Part shown: positions 59,736 to 64,000 of the stretch, piece after piece | Numbering within the stretch: the stretch's first letter is position 1 | How the letters are laid out: every line of letters starts with the position of its first letter | Assembly: GCA_965223415.1 (NCBI GenBank) | Contig: OZ245002.1 | Coordinates: 2,560,001 to 2,624,000, forward strand | Direction of reading: 5' to 3' | DNA: 64,000 nt | Source: Myxococcota bacterium | GTDB taxonomy: Bacteria > Myxococcota_A > UBA9160 > UBA6930 | Made by a program: the position numbers and the translations under genes | Notes under the pieces: model-generated | Seen by the model: only the letters and a program-made list of their open reading frames with translations | Databases searched by the model: none | Told to the model about the DNA's origin: nothing

Positions 59736-61058
59736 TCACTTGCGCGCGACCACCACCGGCAGCCTCGTGTAGCCCTTCACGAACGACGAGAGGGTGCGAC
59801 TCGGCTCCTCCTGCACCTCGATCCGCTCGAAGCGCTGGAGGATCTCCTCCCACAGGACGCGGAGCTGGAGCTCCGCCAGGCGGCTGCCCATGCAGAAGTG
59901 GATGCCGTAGCCGAAGGAGAGGTGCCGCGAGGCGTTGGGGCGCTCGATGTCGAGCGCGTTCGCGTTCTCGAAGACGTCTTCGTCCCGGTTGCCGGAGACG
60001 TACCACATCAGCAGCTGATCGTGCTTCCGGATCGGCCGGCCGGCGAGCTCGCAATCGCGGGTGGCCGTCCGCCTCATGTAGGAGAGCGGCGTCTGCCAGC
60101 GGATCACCTCGGGCACCAGCTTCCGGACCAGACCCGGATCGGCCACGAGCTTGTCGTACTGCTCGGGGAACTGGTTGAGGGCGTAGACGCTTCCCGACAT
60201 GGTGTTTCGCGTGGTGTCGTTCCCGCCCACGATGAGCAGCAGGAGATTGCCCAGGTGATCGGCGGGGGCCATGTGACGGGTCGCCTCCCCGTGAACGAGC
60301 ATCGAGACCAGGTCGTGGCCGGGGCGCTTCCTGCGCTCCTCCCACAGCCCCGCGAAGTAGTCCAGGCACTCCATCATCTCCGCGCGCTTCTGGGTCTGGG
60401 ACTCGACGATGCCGCCGGGCTCGGGGATGGCGAAGACGATGTCGGACCATCGGGTCAGCTTCCGGCGGTCTTCGAAGGGGAAGTCGAAGAGCGTCGCCAG
60501 CATCGCGGTGGTGAGCTCGATCGAGACGGTGTCGACCCAGTCGAAGGTCTCGCCTTCGGGAAGCGAATCGAGCACGCGGCAGGTGCGCTCGCGGATGAGC
60601 GGCTCCAGCTTGACCAGATTGCGCGGCGCGACCGCGGGCTGCACCGTCTTGCGCTGCTCGGTCTGCCGGGGCGGATCCTGGGAGATGAACGGCGGCGACC
60701 CGAACCGGGCGCCCTCGGGAAGCTCGGACCCGACGCGAAAGCCCAGCGTGATTCCGTAGGCCGAGGAGAAGGTCGTCCAGTCGGAGCTGACCGTCTTGAT
60801 GTCGTCGTACTTCGTGACCGACCAGTAGCGCCCTGCCGTATCGATCTCGTTGAAGTGGACCGGGTCTTCCCTGCGCAGCCGCTCGAAGTAGCCCTGCCAG
60901 CGGTTCTCGCCGAACAGGTTCGCGTTCAGCGGGTTGATGTCCTCGAGGGGAAGCTCGTCGGCCGGGGCCACGCCGCGGCCCTTCTCCGCCTGCTCCTGCT
61001 CGGGAGTCCGGTACTCGAGCATGGCCGGCCGACCCGGGGCCGTCGCTGTCTCACTCAT
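59736..61058 (-). CDS. Cytochrome P450 (CYP153-like)
   Basis: LIVGGNDTTRN; EVIRWQTPL; HLSFGYGIHFCMG. Confidence 0.93.
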   Translation of the reverse strand: MSETATAPGRPAMLEYRTPEQEQAEKGRGVAPADELPLEDINPLNANLFGENRWQGYFERLRREDPVHFNEIDTAGRYWSVTKYDDIKTVSSDWTTFSSAYGITLGFRVGSELPEGARFGSPPFISQDPPRQTEQRKTVQPAVAPRNLVKLEPLIRERTCRVLDSLPEGETFDWVDTVSIELTTAMLATLFDFPFEDRRKLTRWSDIVFAIPEPGGIVESQTQKRAEMMECLDYFAGLWEERRKRPGHDLVSMLVHGEATRHMAPADHLGNLLLLIVGGNDTTRNTMSGSVYALNQFPEQYDKLVADPGLVRKLVPEVIRWQTPLSYMRRTATRDCELAGRPIRKHDQLLMWYVSGNRDEDVFENANALDIERPNASRHLSFGYGIHFCMGSRLAELQLRVLWEEILQRFERIEVQEEPSRTLSSFVKGYTRLPVVVARK

Positions 61059-61115
61059 CCTGCTTCCTCCTGCTCGGATCCACTGGCCCATGGGCCTCGG
61101 TGGGGGGTGGCGCTT

Positions 61116-61130
61116 CCCCCCCCCCCCCCC
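61116..61130. repeat. Poly-C (C15) tract
   Basis: 15 consecutive C in the intergenic region upstream of the P450. Confidence 0.9.
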
Positions 61131-61193
61131 GGCCTCCCTGAGGATGAAGCGGCGGCTCCGATTGCGCTACTCGCCTGGTGGCTCCCCGCCGGC

Positions 61194-61646
61194 CTAAGGC
61201 TCGTCCGTTCGAATGGCGCGCACCTCCTTCTCCTCCCTCGGGCTCCACGCGTCCGGGTAGGAGACGTGCATCTCGACCCGTCCCTCGCGTACCGCCTTCT
61301 CGAGACGCCGCCGCAGCTCGCGACGGACCAGGCGGCGGAAGCCGGGCACGAGGCACAGGAAGCCCACCACGTCGGTCAGGACGCCCGGCGTCACGAGCAG
61401 CGCCCCTGCCACGAGCAGGAACGCGCCGTCGATCAGGGGATCGGCCGGCAGTCGCCCCTGGTCGGTCTCGGCCTGGAGGCGCCGCAGCACGCCGAGGCCC
61501 TGCCGTCGGGCGACGAAGGCGCCGACGACACCGGTCCCGGCGATGATCGCCAACGTGGCCAGGGTGCCGATGCGGCTGCCCAGCTCGATCAGCAGGGCGA
61601 GCTCGGCGGCCGGTACGACGACGAAGAGGAGGAGGAGACGACCCAT
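61194..61646 (-). CDS. fxsA: FxsA family membrane protein
   Basis: LLFVVVPAAELALLI; ARRQG; GALLVTPGVLTDVVG. Confidence 0.9.
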   Translation of the reverse strand: MGRLLLLFVVVPAAELALLIELGSRIGTLATLAIIAGTGVVGAFVARRQGLGVLRRLQAETDQGRLPADPLIDGAFLLVAGALLVTPGVLTDVVGFLCLVPGFRRLVRRELRRRLEKAVREGRVEMHVSYPDAWSPREEKEVRAIRTDEP

Positions 61647-61694
61647 CTCGGCGCGAGTGTAGGCGAACGGGGCGAGCCGGCGTGCGACCAGGGA

Positions 61695-62141
61695 TCAGCG
61701 GGCCTGGGCGGCCTCCTGCAACCGCAGGCCCTCGACGGTGATTTCGAGGGTCTCCACCGCCGTCTCGTCGTCCTTGGCGTCGAGGGACGGTCCCTCCCAC
61801 TTCGAGGGCCAGCCCCCTAGGAAGGCCCAGCGGATCACCGGCTCTCCCGCCTCGTTCAGCAGGCTGATGCTGCCGTCCCTGCGCTCGATCGTCCCGGCCG
61901 CCACGGTCTCGTGCCACTTCAAGAGCTGGAGGGCGACGATTCCGCGCTTCAGCGTGATCTTCGTGAGCTTGCGGAGGCCTGGGATCTTGCGAACGCGGAT
62001 GTCCTCGTCGTCTGTGCGGTACTCGATGACGTCGGTCTCGCTCGGAATGCCGCTGCACTCCGAGAAGCCCGCCACGTCGAGACCGTCGATCGTGAGGACG
62101 AAGTGGAAGGCCTTGTACGGGTCGTTGCGCTCTGTCGTCAT
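61695..62141 (-). CDS. Phage tail tube protein (T4 gp19-like, eCIS Afp1/5 type)
   Basis: DPYKAFHF; AGFSECSG; VIEYR; RKIPG...ITLKRG; WPSKWEGPSLDA; AVETLEI. Confidence 0.9.
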   Translation of the reverse strand: MTTERNDPYKAFHFVLTIDGLDVAGFSECSGIPSETDVIEYRTDDEDIRVRKIPGLRKLTKITLKRGIVALQLLKWHETVAAGTIERRDGSISLLNEAGEPVIRWAFLGGWPSKWEGPSLDAKDDETAVETLEITVEGLRLQEAAQAR

Positions 62142-62270
62142 CGCCGCGCGCCCTGGCTCTCCCCTTCCGGCGTCTTCTGGCCGATGCGGAACCCCACGAA
62201 CTCGGCGGGACGAAAGGGCGCGACGCCGACGAAGCAGATGAGCCTGCCGGTCAGCATGTCGCCCGGGCCG
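62138..62270 (-). pseudogene. C-terminal remnant of a contractile tail sheath gene
   Basis: DMLTGRLICFVGVAPFRPAEFVGFRIGQKT; its stop overlaps the tube ATG (ATGA). Confidence 0.7.
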
Positions 62271-62278
62271 CAACCCGA

Positions 62279-62546
62279 CTACACGCCGATCTGCTTCGGG
62301 ATCCGCCCGAACGCCCGGAACACGCCCCGCATGCACCGGTGCGCCACGTCCGGCTCGCAGTACATCATCGGGCAGCCGACGGCGATCACCTTCAGGCCCA
62401 GCCCGCACCAAGAACACCTCGTACCCGGCGCCCCTGATTCGGTCGGCGATGCCGTTGCCGATGGACGGCCCCTGGCCGGCCGAGGCCCCCGCGACGGCGA
62501 TCCGGTGCAAGGAGAGGAACTCCCGAGCGGCGTCTTCGGTCTTCAT
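62279..62546 (-). pseudogene. CoA-binding (YccU-like) protein with internal deletion and frameshift
   Basis: EFLSLHRIAVAGAS...GYEVFLV, then in another frame VIAVGCPMMYCEPDVAHRCMR...IP; the central part is missing. Confidence 0.7.
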
Positions 62547-62687
62547 GTGGGTCCTCCACGAGGATGGCGTGGGTGCCACGCCTGGCCTCGAAGGAAGCAA
62601 GCCACGTACCCGGCCGCGGCGCTCCTCGTGGAGCGTCGGATGCCGGTGGGTCCCGAACGCCACACACGAGGGTGCCTTGCTGCCGAC

Positions 62688-62721
62688 TTGACCATATGAC
62701 CGAATTAGTTAATCTGGTCAT
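62688..62721 (+). promoter_or_regulatory. Promoter with overlapping inverted-repeat operator
   Basis: TTGACC-N16-TAATCT; ATGACC-N14-GGTCAT. Confidence 0.6.
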
Positions 62722-62741
62722 TCCGATTCGGGAGGTGTCCC

Positions 62742-63989
62742 ATGGCCGCCGCAGCCGCCGAGCCCGCCTTCGACGTCCGCAAGCCCATCAACCTGAGCAG
62801 CCCCGACTTCCACGAGCGCAAGTACGCCTGGTACGACTGGCTGCGCGAGGAGATGCCGGTGGCCCGGGCCCGGATCAGCCTGATCCAGATCCGCACGGTG
62901 GCCCGCTACGACGACTGCCGCCTGGTGCTCACGGATCCCCGCTTCGCGCGCAACCGCGGTCGTGCCCTCGGCAAGAAGCCCTTTGCCAGTCCGCTGCCGG
63001 TCCCGCTCCCGCGCTCGATCGCCGTGATCGCCGGGAGCATGATCCAGCAGGACGACCCGGAGCACCGTCGCCTCCGCAACCTGGTGAACCAGGCGTTCAC
63101 GAAGCGCGCGGTCGGCTCGCTCGAAGGCCGGGTCGAGGCCCTCTCCCACGAGCTCCTCGACCGGCTCGAGCCCCAGGGGCGGATCGACCTGCTGCAGACC
63201 TACGGCCGCCAGATCCCGACCCGCGTGATCGCCGAGATGCTCGGCATCGCGCGGGACGACATGCGGCAGTTCGAGGCGGGGCTGCGGGTGTTGACCGAGG
63301 GGCTCTCCGGGCTCGCGGTGGTACGCACCCTGCTCTGGGACCTGCGGCGCACGGCGAACCTGGTGCGCGACATCATCGCCCGCAAGCGCGCGGCGCCCGC
63401 CGACGACATGCTCTCGGCGCTGATCGAGGCGGAAGAGGAGGGGGACCGGCTCAGCGAGGACGAGCTCGTCGGCATGGTCTTCCTGCTCGCCATCGCCGGC
63501 TTCGAGACCACGATGCACCTGATCGGCAACAGCGTGCGCACCCTCCTCGAGCACCCGGACACCCTCGAGCGGCTGCGAGCCGAGCCCGCCCTGTGGGACC
63601 CGGCCGTCGAGGAGCTGGTGCGCTACCGCGGTCCCGTCCACGGCACGAAGATGCAGTGGGCGCGGGAGGACGTGACCCTCCACGGGGTCACCATCCCGAA
63701 GGGCACGCCGGTGATGCCGCTCCTCGGCGCCGCCAACCACGATCCGCGCGCCTTCGAGAAGCCCGAGGTCTTCGATCCTACCCGCTCGCCGAACCCGCAC
63801 CTGGGTTTCGGCTTCGGGGAGCACTTCTGCCTCGGTGCCCAGCTCGCCCGCATGGAGACGCGCGTCGCCCTGCGCAACTTGTTCGACCGCAACCCGGGCC
63901 TGGGCCTGGCCGTCGATCCCTCGAAGCTCCAGGTCCTGCCGATTCCCGGCTGGCACCGGCACGCGGAGCTGCCGGTGGCGCTCGGCTGA
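62742..63989 (+). CDS. Cytochrome P450 (CYP107-like)
   Basis: DDPEHRRLR; AGFETT; EELVR; HLGFGFGEHFCLGA. Confidence 0.93.
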   Translation: MAAAAAEPAFDVRKPINLSSPDFHERKYAWYDWLREEMPVARARISLIQIRTVARYDDCRLVLTDPRFARNRGRALGKKPFASPLPVPLPRSIAVIAGSMIQQDDPEHRRLRNLVNQAFTKRAVGSLEGRVEALSHELLDRLEPQGRIDLLQTYGRQIPTRVIAEMLGIARDDMRQFEAGLRVLTEGLSGLAVVRTLLWDLRRTANLVRDIIARKRAAPADDMLSALIEAEEEGDRLSEDELVGMVFLLAIAGFETTMHLIGNSVRTLLEHPDTLERLRAEPALWDPAVEELVRYRGPVHGTKMQWAREDVTLHGVTIPKGTPVMPLLGAANHDPRAFEKPEVFDPTRSPNPHLGFGFGEHFCLGAQLARMETRVALRNLFDRNPGLGLAVDPSKLQVLPIPGWHRHAELPVALG

Positions 63990-64000
63990 TGGCCGCGGCC

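Noticed and set aside
61695..62270. Prophage
   Set aside because: No integrase, capsid, terminase or other phage genes in the window
61695..62663. CoA-binding/tail-tube fusion protein
   Set aside because: The middle section is out-of-frame sequence from two remnants; the tube gene has its own coupled ATG
63989..64000. Next ORF beginning MAAA, overlapping the P450 stop
   Set aside because: Only four codons are visible

Overview
High-GC bacterial chromosome segment with mostly chromosomal and accessory metabolic genes. The gene content (DUF4388/TPR and PilZ proteins, PEP-CTERM and Cys-type C-terminal anchors, bacterial Topo VI) suggests a Myxococcota-like deltaproteobacterium; this is an inference. 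In order, the window holds: a cluster of small secreted proteins; cupin, GNAT and SnoaL genes; malyl-CoA lyase; a TetR-RND efflux operon; an IS1-like element inserted at the tetR -35 box; an atypical MetRS behind a Met-containing leader peptide and terminator; a surface glycosylation cluster; an Eis-like GNAT behind a structured leader with an MEIRMEAKLRC uORF; asnS; an amino acid permease; VWA and OmpA genes; comM; a GGDEF/EAL gene; a FadL-YeeE/YedE operon; top6B/top6A; a dockerin-bearing metalloprotease paired with a cohesin-like PEP-CTERM protein; rfbA/rfbC; a LysW-like miniprotein; a FadR-diiron pair; fur; a variant AST arginine catabolism operon; two P450s; and a remnant of a contractile injection system (sheath C-terminus plus tube gene). 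No rRNA, tRNA or CRISPR array was seen. All calls come from reading the sequence by eye; no searches or folding programs were run.
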